Origin: an uncultured Acidobacteriaceae bacterium
Lineage (GTDB): Bacteria > Acidobacteriota > Terriglobia > Terriglobales > Acidobacteriaceae
Length of the DNA stretch: 64,000 bases
NCBI GenBank assembly: GCA_963789245.1
Contig: CAWBKE010000014.1
Coordinates: forward strand, 69,381-133,380
Direction: 5' to 3'
Positions 33,346 through 43,868 of this stretch are shown here, in pieces. Position numbers and translations under genes: made by a program. Each line of letters opens with the position of its first letter. Positions within the stretch are counted from its first letter, which is position 1. A model generated the notes under the pieces. That model searched no databases. It was not told the DNA's origin and saw only the letters and a list, made by a program, of their open reading frames with translations.

Positions 33346-33374
33346 GCGAGGCTACAGGCCTCGCTACTTTTTTG
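33346..33374 (+). terminator. Rho-independent terminator (7-bp GC stem followed by a T tract)
   Basis: gcgaggc-tacag-gcctcgc followed by tactttttt, read directly. Confidence 0.65.
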
Positions 33375-33438
33375 TATCAAACAGGGCCTCCACAATTTTG
33401 TCGCGGAGGCCCTTTCACTTGCCGGCGGTAGGCGCCTC

Positions 33439-35112
<1,674 letters not shown>

Positions 35113-35331
35113 GATTGCTCCCCAAAGAAAGGAATTCGGCGATGAAGCTGTAGATGAGATAACAGCGCGTAAGGGTGCGGGCAGTTGCCGGTGTCCGCCA
35201 TGTGCCTCGGTGGTCCACGCCTTCGCAGCCTGCCGATTACTCCAGCAGGAACCCGGGACTGGGAAATACAAAAAACAGGGTGGACAGCCAGCAAAGTGCG
35301 CCACGCGCTTTTGCCCTGTTAACATGTTCAG

Positions 35332-36531
35332 GTGACTGACGAAGAACTTCAGGATCTCCTCGCAGATATTGAGTCTGACAGAGTTGAACGTAAAGCTTCG
35401 TTCGCCGATCCGGAGAGAATCTGCCAGGCTATCTGCGCGTTCGCCAATGACATGCCCAACCACCAGCGAGCCGGTGTTGTGTTCGTCGGCTGCAACAATG
35501 ACGGAACCTGCACTGGGTTGCCGATTACGGATCATCTACTGCTTACGTTGGCGCACTTAAGGGATGACGGTAATACGCTGCCTCTTCCCTCGATGACTGT
35601 CCAGAAGAAGACACTCAATGATTGCGAATTGGCCATTGTCACCGTTCAGCCGTCTTTTGCGCCGCCGGTCCGCTTCAGGGGGCGTGTGTGGATTCGCGTA
35701 GGTCCGCGTCGCGCGGTGGCTTCCGCCGACGAAGAGCGCCGGTTAAGCGAGAAGCGACGTTCAGGAGACTTGCCGTTCGACATTACGGCAGTCGCCTCGG
35801 CATCCCTGGAGGATTTGGACCTTGATCTCTTTAGCAAGTTGTACCTTCCCAACGCACTAGCTCCCGAAGTCCTCGCTAACAACAACAGAACTGTCGAACA
35901 GCAACTGTCGGCGATGCGATTCGCCACAAGCGCAGGTACAGAGCCTCAGAAGCCGACTGCCCTCGGGGTAATCGTTGTGGGGAAGGATGTACTCGGCTAT
36001 GTACCAGGCGCCTACATTCAGTTCCGAAGAGTCGAGGGCACTGAACTTACAGACGCGATCAAAGACCAAAAGGAGATCAGCGGGACTCTCCCGGAGCTCC
36101 TGAAAGGCCTTGACGACGTTTTGCAGGCACACATCTCGATTGCGACTGACATAACCTCAGAACCGACCGAAATGCGATCTCCGGACTATCCGTTGGTCGC
36201 ACTGCAGCAGATCGCCCGAAATGCAATCATGCACAGGAACTACGATGGAACCAATGCGCCCATCAGGGTTACATGGTTCAGTGATCGAATTGAAATCCAG
36301 AACCCAGGGGGTCCGTTTGGGCAGGTGACCCGGGAAAACTTCGGAAAGCCCGGCATCACGGACTACCGGAATCCGCATTTGGCAGAGGCGCTGAAGAATC
36401 TCGGCTACGTGCAGCGCTTTGGGGTTGGCATAGCCTTGGCGAGAAAGGCTCTGGAGACGAACGGCAACCCAGATTTACAGTACGAGGTCGAGGACGCACA
36501 TGTGCTCGCAATATTGAGGAGGCGACCTTGA
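35332..36531 (+). CDS. Schlafen/AlbA_2 divergent-AAA DNA-binding domain plus HATPase_c_4-like C-terminal domain (COG2865-like)
   Basis: ESDRVERKASF...ICQAICAFANDMPNHQRAGVVFVGCNNDG is the AlbA_2 pattern. NAIMHRNY...IEIQNPGG...YRNPHLAEALKNLGYVQRFGVGI is the HATPase_c_4 pattern. GTG start. Confidence 0.75.
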   Translation: MTDEELQDLLADIESDRVERKASFADPERICQAICAFANDMPNHQRAGVVFVGCNNDGTCTGLPITDHLLLTLAHLRDDGNTLPLPSMTVQKKTLNDCELAIVTVQPSFAPPVRFRGRVWIRVGPRRAVASADEERRLSEKRRSGDLPFDITAVASASLEDLDLDLFSKLYLPNALAPEVLANNNRTVEQQLSAMRFATSAGTEPQKPTALGVIVVGKDVLGYVPGAYIQFRRVEGTELTDAIKDQKEISGTLPELLKGLDDVLQAHISIATDITSEPTEMRSPDYPLVALQQIARNAIMHRNYDGTNAPIRVTWFSDRIEIQNPGGPFGQVTRENFGKPGITDYRNPHLAEALKNLGYVQRFGVGIALARKALETNGNPDLQYEVEDAHVLAILRRRP

Positions 36532-37547
36532 ATGTAAGTGTATTGGCCTTTTTCAATAACAAAGGCGGGGTTGGGAAAACCTCAATCGTCCACCACTTAG
36601 CGTGGATGTATGCCGACCTCGGGATGAAAGTCGTCGCGGTGGATCTTGATCCGCAGGCAAATCTGACTGCCGCATTTCTTCCGGAAGAGAGAATGGTGCA
36701 ACTTTGGCCCGAAGGAGAGCATCCGGACACGGTTTACGGCTGTCTACAGCCCCTGATTCGCGGCATCGGGGATGTTTCCTCGCCGCACGTTGAGAAAATC
36801 TCTCATCGTCTTGTGCTTTTGCCGGGCGATCTGGCGCTTTCAAGTTTTGAGGATCAATTATCCGAAGTGTGGCCAAAGTGCTTGGATGGAGACGAACGGG
36901 CATTTCGTGTGACGTCGGCTTTTTGGCGGATTATGCAGGCTGCTGCCGACCACCACAGTGCAGAGCTCGTGTTATTGGACCTTGGTCCCAACCTAGGAGC
37001 GATAAATCGCGCAGCCCTAATATCATGCGACTACGTCGCGGTACCTCTATCACCCGATCTGTTCTCATTGCAGGGCCTCAGAAACCTTGGCCCGAGACTT
37101 CGTGCATGGCGAGGAGATTGGAAGAAACGGCTTGAGGTCAATCCAGCCGCGGATCTGAAGTTACCGCTCGGCACCATGCAGCCCATTGGATACGTGATTC
37201 AGCAGCACTCAGTCAGGTTAGATCGCCCAGTCCAGGCGTACGACAGATGGATAGCTCAAATACCGTCCACGTACAGGCGTGCAGTGCTAAATGAGCAGCA
37301 AACGGGACCTCTGTCTTTTGAAACAGACCCTGAGTGTCTAGCTCTCCTGAAGCATTACCGAAGCCTCATGCCGATGGCGCAGCAGGCTAGAAAACCTATG
37401 TTTCACTTGAGACCTGCAGACGGCGCATTAGGCTCCCATTTCCAGGCGGCACAGGCAGCACGAAAAGACTTCGCGAACCTAGCAGCGAAGATCGCTCAGA
37501 GAATCCATGTTGTTATGCCCAAGGATCAACCGATGCTCCAGGTTTGA
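36528..37547 (+). CDS. ParA/MinD-like P-loop ATPase with unique C-terminal extension
   Basis: Deviant Walker A NNKGGVGKTS, A' VAVDLDPQANLT and Walker B LVLLDLGPNLG. The TTG start overlaps the upstream TGA (TTGA). Confidence 0.8.
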   Translation: MNVSVLAFFNNKGGVGKTSIVHHLAWMYADLGMKVVAVDLDPQANLTAAFLPEERMVQLWPEGEHPDTVYGCLQPLIRGIGDVSSPHVEKISHRLVLLPGDLALSSFEDQLSEVWPKCLDGDERAFRVTSAFWRIMQAAADHHSAELVLLDLGPNLGAINRAALISCDYVAVPLSPDLFSLQGLRNLGPRLRAWRGDWKKRLEVNPAADLKLPLGTMQPIGYVIQQHSVRLDRPVQAYDRWIAQIPSTYRRAVLNEQQTGPLSFETDPECLALLKHYRSLMPMAQQARKPMFHLRPADGALGSHFQAAQAARKDFANLAAKIAQRIHVVMPKDQPMLQV

Positions 37548-37666
37548 AGGGGAGTGCCCACCGGAATCGCCCAGTCTGATCAACTGGGGCTGCAATCAGC
37601 CACCTCCGCCAAACAGAAAAGTGGCTGAGAAATCCCAGCCACTCTTCGTCGCTTGTCGCCTGTTTC

Positions 37667-39619
37667 TTATTTTGACGGCGCCAGAATCGCGTCCAGGCGA
37701 TCGGGCGTTCCGTCCACTTTCTCCAGGTGCGGATAGCGCAGCCCACCGTGGTAGTCGAGGCTGATCGTGAGAAATTCGTCGCCGCGTTTCAGCAACAGCT
37801 TGATCGGAGCGTTGTTCTTCTCCGAGGCCAGAATCACTTCCCGCAGGCCTTCAATCGTGAACTTCTGATCGTTCACTGCCGTCAGCTGCATGTCGGGCGT
37901 GATGCCTGCCTTGAAAGCCAGGCTGTCCCACACCACGCTGTTAAGACTGCCATCGCCCTTCAATGAGAAGCCCAGCGAAGTGGCAAAGCTGACTCCACGA
38001 GAGGGATCGCTGTGCTTCATCCACTGCGACTCGGTGTCGTTGTAGACCAGCTTGTAACCGCCCTGGGTGAATCCGTTCTCCGGAGTCTGCGGAGCGACAT
38101 CGTAAACCCGCGTCCGCAGGAATCCTGCCCAATCGTACGGCTGCGCGGTATTCAACGCTGCCACCAGGTCGTCGAAGGTGTAAGTCCTGGTGACGTAGCT
38201 TCCGTTGTCGACCCCGTAAAAGAGCTTGGCGAAGTCGTCGAGTGACTTCTTGCCGCTGCTCAACTCGCGGATTTTGGTGTCGGCATCGAGCCAGATGAGG
38301 TCGGATTCCGGGTAGTAGTCGTACGAACGTTGCCAGCTTGGCCAGTTCTGCTGCATGGCACCGTGAGACGACATGATGGCCTGGTTGGTGGTGTCGATCA
38401 AGGGTCGCCACGTGCGTCCCGGGCTGATCTCGAAGCCGGCGGCGATCTGCGCGAACACATCGTGTGCCTGATCCAGGGTACGCATTCCGGAGCGCGCGGT
38501 CAGAACGTTGCCGTAATAATCGGTCAGGCCCTCATAAACCCACAGCAGATCGTTTTGCATGGGCACGTTGAAGTTGGGTGTCCACAGATCGGCCGGCCGG
38601 CGAAACTTGCCGTTCCACGAGTGAGTGTATTCGTGGGGCAGAAGCGCGCGGCCGCCAACTCCGGCAGCCCAGTCGGTAAAGTAGTTCGCGCGCGCACCGT
38701 CCTCGCTGGACTGATGGTGTTCCAGGCCCTTGCCGCTCACCGTATCGCTGAGCGAAAAGAGGAAGTCATAGTGATCGTAATGATGGGAGTGGAAAAGCTT
38801 CTGGGCCTCGATCACCAGGTTCTTGTGGTATTGCAACTCCTCCGGCGTCATCACCAGTTGCTCGGGCTTGTCGGCAAAAAGGTCGAGGTAGACCTTGTTG
38901 TCGGGGCCACTGGAGATGTCGACACGCTTGAAGTTGACGCCGGCGTAGAGCGGCGAATCGACCAGCGTGTTCAACGTCGTATCTTTGAACTGGACCAGGT
39001 TGCCATCCTGCGACTTCACGTCCAGCGCGCAGGCGAACTTCCACCCCTGCGGCAAGCGCAACGCGGTTGAGAATTCGATGCGCCGCGAGAAGTATCCCGC
39101 CGGATAGAGAAGCACGCTGTTCCAGGTTACGTTGGCAAACCTGGACCAGATGCGTCCCTGCTTCGGATCGATCGGAGCCAGGTACTGGAAGTTCACGTCC
39201 AGCGTGGTTGCGCCCTGCGGCACGTCAATGTGGAAGGCGTACATGTTCACGCGATCACGGACCCATTCAATCCGCTTGCCGTTCGCCGTGATCACAAGCC
39301 CGGCAAGGTTCGCTATCGGGTTCGACGGCGAGTGCGTGCCCGGAAGCCACTCCGGGTAGAGCAACACGAGCTCGCCGGCTTTCACGGGAATCGTCTCCTG
39401 CACATTGAGCACACGATCGTTGACGTTGGTGAGATCGACGACCAGGGAAATCGTGCCGGGATATGGCGTATCAGCCGGCGCAACAATGGGCGGCGGCAAC
39501 GGTGCAGGCTGTGGGCCCGGTGAATCCTGTGCGAACACCGAAGTGGTGAGAGCTATGCAAACGGCTGCTAAGAGCGCCGCTGCGCTTCGACGAGAAAAGA
39601 GCGAATTGGGCACACGCAT
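37667..39619 (-). CDS. M61-family glycyl aminopeptidase with C-terminal PDZ domain
   Basis: Signal peptide, the HEYTHSWNGKF zinc motif (HExxH), and a C-terminal PDZ-like segment. Confidence 0.8.
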   Translation of the reverse strand: MRVPNSLFSRRSAAALLAAVCIALTTSVFAQDSPGPQPAPLPPPIVAPADTPYPGTISLVVDLTNVNDRVLNVQETIPVKAGELVLLYPEWLPGTHSPSNPIANLAGLVITANGKRIEWVRDRVNMYAFHIDVPQGATTLDVNFQYLAPIDPKQGRIWSRFANVTWNSVLLYPAGYFSRRIEFSTALRLPQGWKFACALDVKSQDGNLVQFKDTTLNTLVDSPLYAGVNFKRVDISSGPDNKVYLDLFADKPEQLVMTPEELQYHKNLVIEAQKLFHSHHYDHYDFLFSLSDTVSGKGLEHHQSSEDGARANYFTDWAAGVGGRALLPHEYTHSWNGKFRRPADLWTPNFNVPMQNDLLWVYEGLTDYYGNVLTARSGMRTLDQAHDVFAQIAAGFEISPGRTWRPLIDTTNQAIMSSHGAMQQNWPSWQRSYDYYPESDLIWLDADTKIRELSSGKKSLDDFAKLFYGVDNGSYVTRTYTFDDLVAALNTAQPYDWAGFLRTRVYDVAPQTPENGFTQGGYKLVYNDTESQWMKHSDPSRGVSFATSLGFSLKGDGSLNSVVWDSLAFKAGITPDMQLTAVNDQKFTIEGLREVILASEKNNAPIKLLLKRGDEFLTISLDYHGGLRYPHLEKVDGTPDRLDAILAPSK

Positions 39620-39667
39620 TCTCCAGAACTACAGGGGATATTTATACCTTGTTTTGACCCGAATTCC

Positions 39668-41107
39668 CTAGCAGGCCGTGGTGGAAGGAGCCGATTTTCT
39701 GCGCAGCGGACAGCGCATTCGGACACGCGATCTTGCGACGTGCTTGGTAGCCGGTGCGAAGATACGGCTGCAGCGACATTGTTGCTGACCATCCCCATAC
39801 CAGAGCAGCAAAAATAGGCTCAGTACAAGCTGGCCGGAGCGGTTGCTCAGCTCTCGCGGCGTACCCGCACCGAGCAGGTGGCGCAGAATGAGACTCAGGT
39901 TGAACGCTCCGACATGAACCAACTGTCGCTTTAGAATGTTGTCCCGTCCGCGCAGATGGCAGCGCCGCATACCGCCGGTCTCGTAGCAGTGTGCGAAGCT
40001 GCGTTCCACCAACTCGCCACGTCGCCGCAGCAAGCTCTTGCCGTACTCGCTTCGTACCCGCCGCCGGTTCTCGTAGACTGCCTGCTGTTCCGCCGCCTTG
40101 CCTTGCCAGTTACGCCGCCCCTTCTGCTGCTTCTCCGGAATGTAGCTGCTGACCTGGTAACTCTTCACCCGCTGGAGGACGGCGCCGCTGTGATAGCCCT
40201 TATCGGCAACTAACTCTTCGATCCCGTTGACGTTCACCTGGGGCTCATGGTCGGGCCGCACCTCCGCTTCGCGCCCGGCCAATTCCGCCAGCGTCATGCC
40301 GGCCTCGCAGAGGGTTGCGTCCAAGGTTGTCGTGTCGCCCTTATCCGCACCTGGCAAGGTGACGGCCACCACCGCGCCCGTGTCCAGATCGACCGCGTGC
40401 TCCGCTTTGTACGCCAAGTGGGTACGCCCATCCTTCATCTTCGCGATCCGCGCGTCCTCGTCCGCTGGACTCTTCCACTCCTGGTTCGACGTGCGCTTCT
40501 TGCGCTTGCGGTCCAGTCTCACCAGGTCTTCGCGGGTTGGCGTTGCGATGCCCGAGGCCTTCGCTAATCCGCCCAGAAACTCCTCGTAACTCTCCCCCGT
40601 GTCGCGCCGTACGATCGAGCGCATCGCTGCGTTGGCCTCCAGCGTCGTGGCATCGATGGCAATCCGCTGCCCCTTCAGCAGTCCACGATCCGCCAGAACC
40701 CCCAGCACCCAACCGAATACTTCGCGATGCGTGTCCACATCGATCAACCGCCGGGTGCGCGATATCGTCGAGTGATCCGGCGTGTTCTCGTCCAACCCAA
40801 TGCCCACAAAACGCCGCAACCCCAGTGAGTCTGCCAGCCGCCAAGCAATGCCGCGCTCCGCCCCGATGCCTTCGAAATATCCGATCAGCAGCGAACGAAA
40901 GTAGATCCCCGGCGTCAGGGAGGGCCGTCCATACTTGGCCGCATAGAACTTCGCACACCGACCCTCCACGAACTCGTCGAAGTGCTCGGCCTCCAGCAAC
41001 TCATTCAGCTTCTGGTAGAAGGGATGTCCCGGCGCTGCGGCCAACTCCGTGTGCGCGATCCATATCCCCTCTTGCTTCTCCCGCTGCTTGCGCGTGCCCA
41101 TCGCCAT
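39668..41107 (-). CDS. IS1182/IS5-family DDE transposase
   Basis: GHPFYQKLNELL...GRPSLTPGIYFRSLLIGYFEGI...NTPDHSTISRTRRL is the InsH-type N-terminal domain. IAIDATTLEANAA, ADKGYHSG and ERSFAH are the DDE blocks. Confidence 0.85.
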   Translation of the reverse strand: MAMGTRKQREKQEGIWIAHTELAAAPGHPFYQKLNELLEAEHFDEFVEGRCAKFYAAKYGRPSLTPGIYFRSLLIGYFEGIGAERGIAWRLADSLGLRRFVGIGLDENTPDHSTISRTRRLIDVDTHREVFGWVLGVLADRGLLKGQRIAIDATTLEANAAMRSIVRRDTGESYEEFLGGLAKASGIATPTREDLVRLDRKRKKRTSNQEWKSPADEDARIAKMKDGRTHLAYKAEHAVDLDTGAVVAVTLPGADKGDTTTLDATLCEAGMTLAELAGREAEVRPDHEPQVNVNGIEELVADKGYHSGAVLQRVKSYQVSSYIPEKQQKGRRNWQGKAAEQQAVYENRRRVRSEYGKSLLRRRGELVERSFAHCYETGGMRRCHLRGRDNILKRQLVHVGAFNLSLILRHLLGAGTPRELSNRSGQLVLSLFLLLWYGDGQQQCRCSRIFAPATKHVARSRVRMRCPLRRKSAPSTTAC

Positions 41108-41188
41108 ACCGTGATTCTACGAAGAGATTGTGTGGATACTTCAGATGTTTTTTGCTTACGAATCTAGACTTGCACCACGGGCTGTTAG
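39668..41188 (-). mobile_element. IS1182-like (IS5 superfamily) insertion sequence, 1521 bp, 20-bp imperfect terminal inverted repeats
   Basis: IRL 39668-39687 reads CTAGCAGGCCGTGGTGGAAG. The reverse complement of IRR 41169-41188 reads CTAACAGCCCGTGGTGCAAG (17 of 20 identical). A single transposase ORF fills the element. No clear target duplication was found. Confidence 0.75.
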
Positions 41189-41191
41189 CGG

Positions 41192-43531
41192 TCATTTCAA
41201 CCTGGCATATTCGGCTTTGGCTTCGATGTAGATGGGAACATCGGGGTCAGCATACTTCCAGAGGGTTAGGAAGTCCTGATATGCAGCACGGGCTTTGGCC
41301 GAGTCCCCTTGCTCGACGTAAGCGCGAGCCAGACCGAGGCGAGCCAGCGCTCCCCAGGGGAAGTTCCCCACCAGGCCGTAGTGGTCGATGAACTTTTGAA
41401 ATTCCGCCGCTGCTGCCTTGCCGTCGCGCAGCCTGAGATAGGCTTCTCCCCGCAAATAGGCTGGGAGCAGATAGCCTGCGTCACCCAGTTCTATCCCGCT
41501 CGTCACCCGCAACCATTCGATCGCCTGCTCCGGATTGCCGCGTTGCAAAGCGACAGCCGCTCGGATCGACGGCAGCCGATACCTCTGCACCAGAGTGTCC
41601 AGCGGAAATGCCGTGTCGAGTTCCTTCGCCAACCTCTCGGCCTCCGCCGTATCGCCTGCCCGAGCCAAAGCCAGTGCCGCCATAGCCCGGACGTCGCGGT
41701 TCGGGGCCAGCTTCATCGCTGCGTTGGCGTCGGCCCGCACCTGCTCCTGGTTGCCTAGCTCCACTTCGCGAAGCGCCGCGCCCACTTGATACCCTGCGGC
41801 CGTCTCCTTGGCATCGTTGCGCTGGGCTGAATCCATCGCCCGCCGCGTCAACTCGCTTGCGTCTTTCCACTTCCCGTGCCATGCCTCGGTGTCCGCTTGC
41901 GCAGCCAGCAGGACATCCTCTGTACCGGGTTTTCCCATAGCAGCCGCTGCAAACTGCGCCATCCGGGCCGTGTCGCCCTTTAGAAAAGCCAGCAGATAGC
42001 GATTCTCAATGAGGGACTCGCCCTCCAACTTGTGCTCTTCAGCCTGCTTGTACACCGCCTCTGCATCATCCAGTCGGTTAAGAGTTACATAGCCGTTGCC
42101 GAGGTTGGTGTAGTTGATCTCGTCGTTCGGCTCCGCACGCATTGCTTCGCGGTCTTGCTTGAATGCCTTTTCCAGATCTCCCAGGTTGCTATAAATGAAT
42201 GCCAGGTTTGCGTAAGGCAGATAATCTCTAGGGTAGATCTGATGCCATTGTTCGTAGGTCTGCGCCGCCTTGTCCAGCTCTCCGGTTGCAGTCAGATAGT
42301 AGTATCCCTCGATGGAGAGCCGTTCCCGTTCGCTCAGCTTCTCCCGCAGATCGTATGCCTTGTGTACATTCTCCTGCGCCTTCCCGACTTCTTGGAGGTT
42401 GTTGTAGCTTCCTGCAATGGCGTTGTAGGCGACGGCAAAATTTGGGTCCAGTTCTACCGCTCGCTTTAGCAAAGGCAGAGCAGCTGTATCCCCTCTCAGG
42501 CGGCTCGTCTTGAGGCCCAGGCTGTAAGCTTTCAACGCCTCCAGCGATGGTGTGGTTGCCTGGGCCAGCGGTGTCGAGTACTTTTCCACTGAGCTGAGCG
42601 ATTCTCCCAGCTTGCGGCGCACACTGATGGCCGCGGCGTCCAGGGTCTTCAGCACCGCTTCCTTATTCGCCGCCTGCTCCTGCGCTTCGGCCAGCACGTC
42701 GCCGTTATTGCAGTCCACTACCTGCAAGCCAATCACGTACTGGCTGCCCAAGCGGGCAATCGATCCATTCAGCATCGCCGTGCTGGAGGTGCGCAAGCAC
42801 ACCTCGCGGGTAACCTCCGGCGTCAGCCGCGCCCCGGCGGCGCGCCCCATCAGCTTCAGGGTTGCATTCACCTTACTGTCCGGCACCAGGTAGAGAAAAG
42901 GCGATTGCTCCATCTGTATTTTGAGTCCCTGCTTCAGTGTGTCGTCGAAGACCGCGTCGCCGGCATTGTTATCGAAGTCTGCGAGGACGAGGCTGTCTTT
43001 ATCGGTAAACTTGGGCGTCCGATGGGAGACAAAATAGCCCACCGCACTTGCAGCTACGACGACGACCGCAGCCGCGGCAAGCCATCGCCGCCAAACCTTA
43101 TTGCGCGGGCGAACGATGGCTTCATCTATCCGCGCAGCATCTGGAGCCAACTCTGCGTCCGATGCCGCTTCCGCCAACGGCGCTTCCATTCCATTACGAG
43201 AAAACACCGGAACATAGGTGCCTCTGGGCAAGTCAATGTGGATCGGGTCGTGCTTTCCTGGATTTTGGTAGTACTCTGCCAGGCGCACACGCAGCCGCCG
43301 GGCTTCGGCGCGAACGATGGGGTCGGTCCCGGGATCGTAGTCGTCGCGGCGCTCGAATACCTCCACGCCGATCAGATATTCCTTGATAGCTTCCGCTTCG
43401 CCGGATAGGACCTTGCAAACAACGAATTCCAGGAACTGGCGATGGCGAGGCGCCTTGCTAAAGCTCGGGGAAGACAGAATTCGTCGAAGCTCAGCCTTAA
43501 CTTCTGTGGCCGGGATAGTCCCTTCCTGCAT
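41192..43531 (-). CDS. Membrane-anchored TPR-repeat protein with conserved N-terminal cytoplasmic module
   Basis: N-terminus reads SPSFSKAPRHRQFLEFVVCKVLSGEAEAIKEYLIGVEVFERRDDYDPGTDPIVRAEARRLRVRLAEYY...LPRGTYVPVF. One TM (WLAAAAVVVVAASAVGYFV) is followed by multiple TPR units. Confidence 0.7.
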   Translation of the reverse strand: MQEGTIPATEVKAELRRILSSPSFSKAPRHRQFLEFVVCKVLSGEAEAIKEYLIGVEVFERRDDYDPGTDPIVRAEARRLRVRLAEYYQNPGKHDPIHIDLPRGTYVPVFSRNGMEAPLAEAASDAELAPDAARIDEAIVRPRNKVWRRWLAAAAVVVVAASAVGYFVSHRTPKFTDKDSLVLADFDNNAGDAVFDDTLKQGLKIQMEQSPFLYLVPDSKVNATLKLMGRAAGARLTPEVTREVCLRTSSTAMLNGSIARLGSQYVIGLQVVDCNNGDVLAEAQEQAANKEAVLKTLDAAAISVRRKLGESLSSVEKYSTPLAQATTPSLEALKAYSLGLKTSRLRGDTAALPLLKRAVELDPNFAVAYNAIAGSYNNLQEVGKAQENVHKAYDLREKLSERERLSIEGYYYLTATGELDKAAQTYEQWHQIYPRDYLPYANLAFIYSNLGDLEKAFKQDREAMRAEPNDEINYTNLGNGYVTLNRLDDAEAVYKQAEEHKLEGESLIENRYLLAFLKGDTARMAQFAAAAMGKPGTEDVLLAAQADTEAWHGKWKDASELTRRAMDSAQRNDAKETAAGYQVGAALREVELGNQEQVRADANAAMKLAPNRDVRAMAALALARAGDTAEAERLAKELDTAFPLDTLVQRYRLPSIRAAVALQRGNPEQAIEWLRVTSGIELGDAGYLLPAYLRGEAYLRLRDGKAAAAEFQKFIDHYGLVGNFPWGALARLGLARAYVEQGDSAKARAAYQDFLTLWKYADPDVPIYIEAKAEYARLK

Positions 43532-43650
43532 GGACCGTCACCTTTCACTTGCCTTTCATGATGGGCAGCCAGATTCGGTCAGGTAGGCGGCAAGTATAGC
43601 CACATTTTGACACGCCAGCAATGGCAAATTAAGTCAATCACTTAGCGGCG

Positions 43651-43687
43651 ATGCTACCGTAGCGCTCCCCATGCTACCGAATGCTAC
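43651..43687. promoter_or_regulatory. Three direct copies of ATGCTAC(C) in the divergent intergenic region
   Basis: ATGCTACC at 43651 and 43671, and ATGCTAC at 43681 (offsets of 20 and 10 nt). The function is unknown. Confidence 0.3.
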
Positions 43688-43868
43688 TTAATCGACGGCG
43701 GAGTTTGGTCCAAAATCCACCTGATGACACGCTGCCAACTCGCCTTAGTCGTATCGGGAGTAAAACAGCGCAGCGAAAAACCTGTCAGTAGCGCGTCACA
43801 CGTTTGATCGCCATCGGGGTGCCGGGTTTGTTCCAAAGCCTGAATTGCAGGCCAAAGGAGGAAAAATC

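Noticed and set aside
39656-41200. Target-site duplication for the IS1182-like element
   Set aside because: The flanks (…gaattcc | cggtcat…) share no direct repeat. Only a TAG/CTA ambiguity at the IR tips was seen, so no duplication is claimed.
40537-41391. 284-aa plus-strand ORF spanning the IS right end
   Set aside because: It is antisense to the transposase and the TPR gene, crosses the IS boundary, and is Pro/Arg/Ala-rich. It is not a second IS gene.
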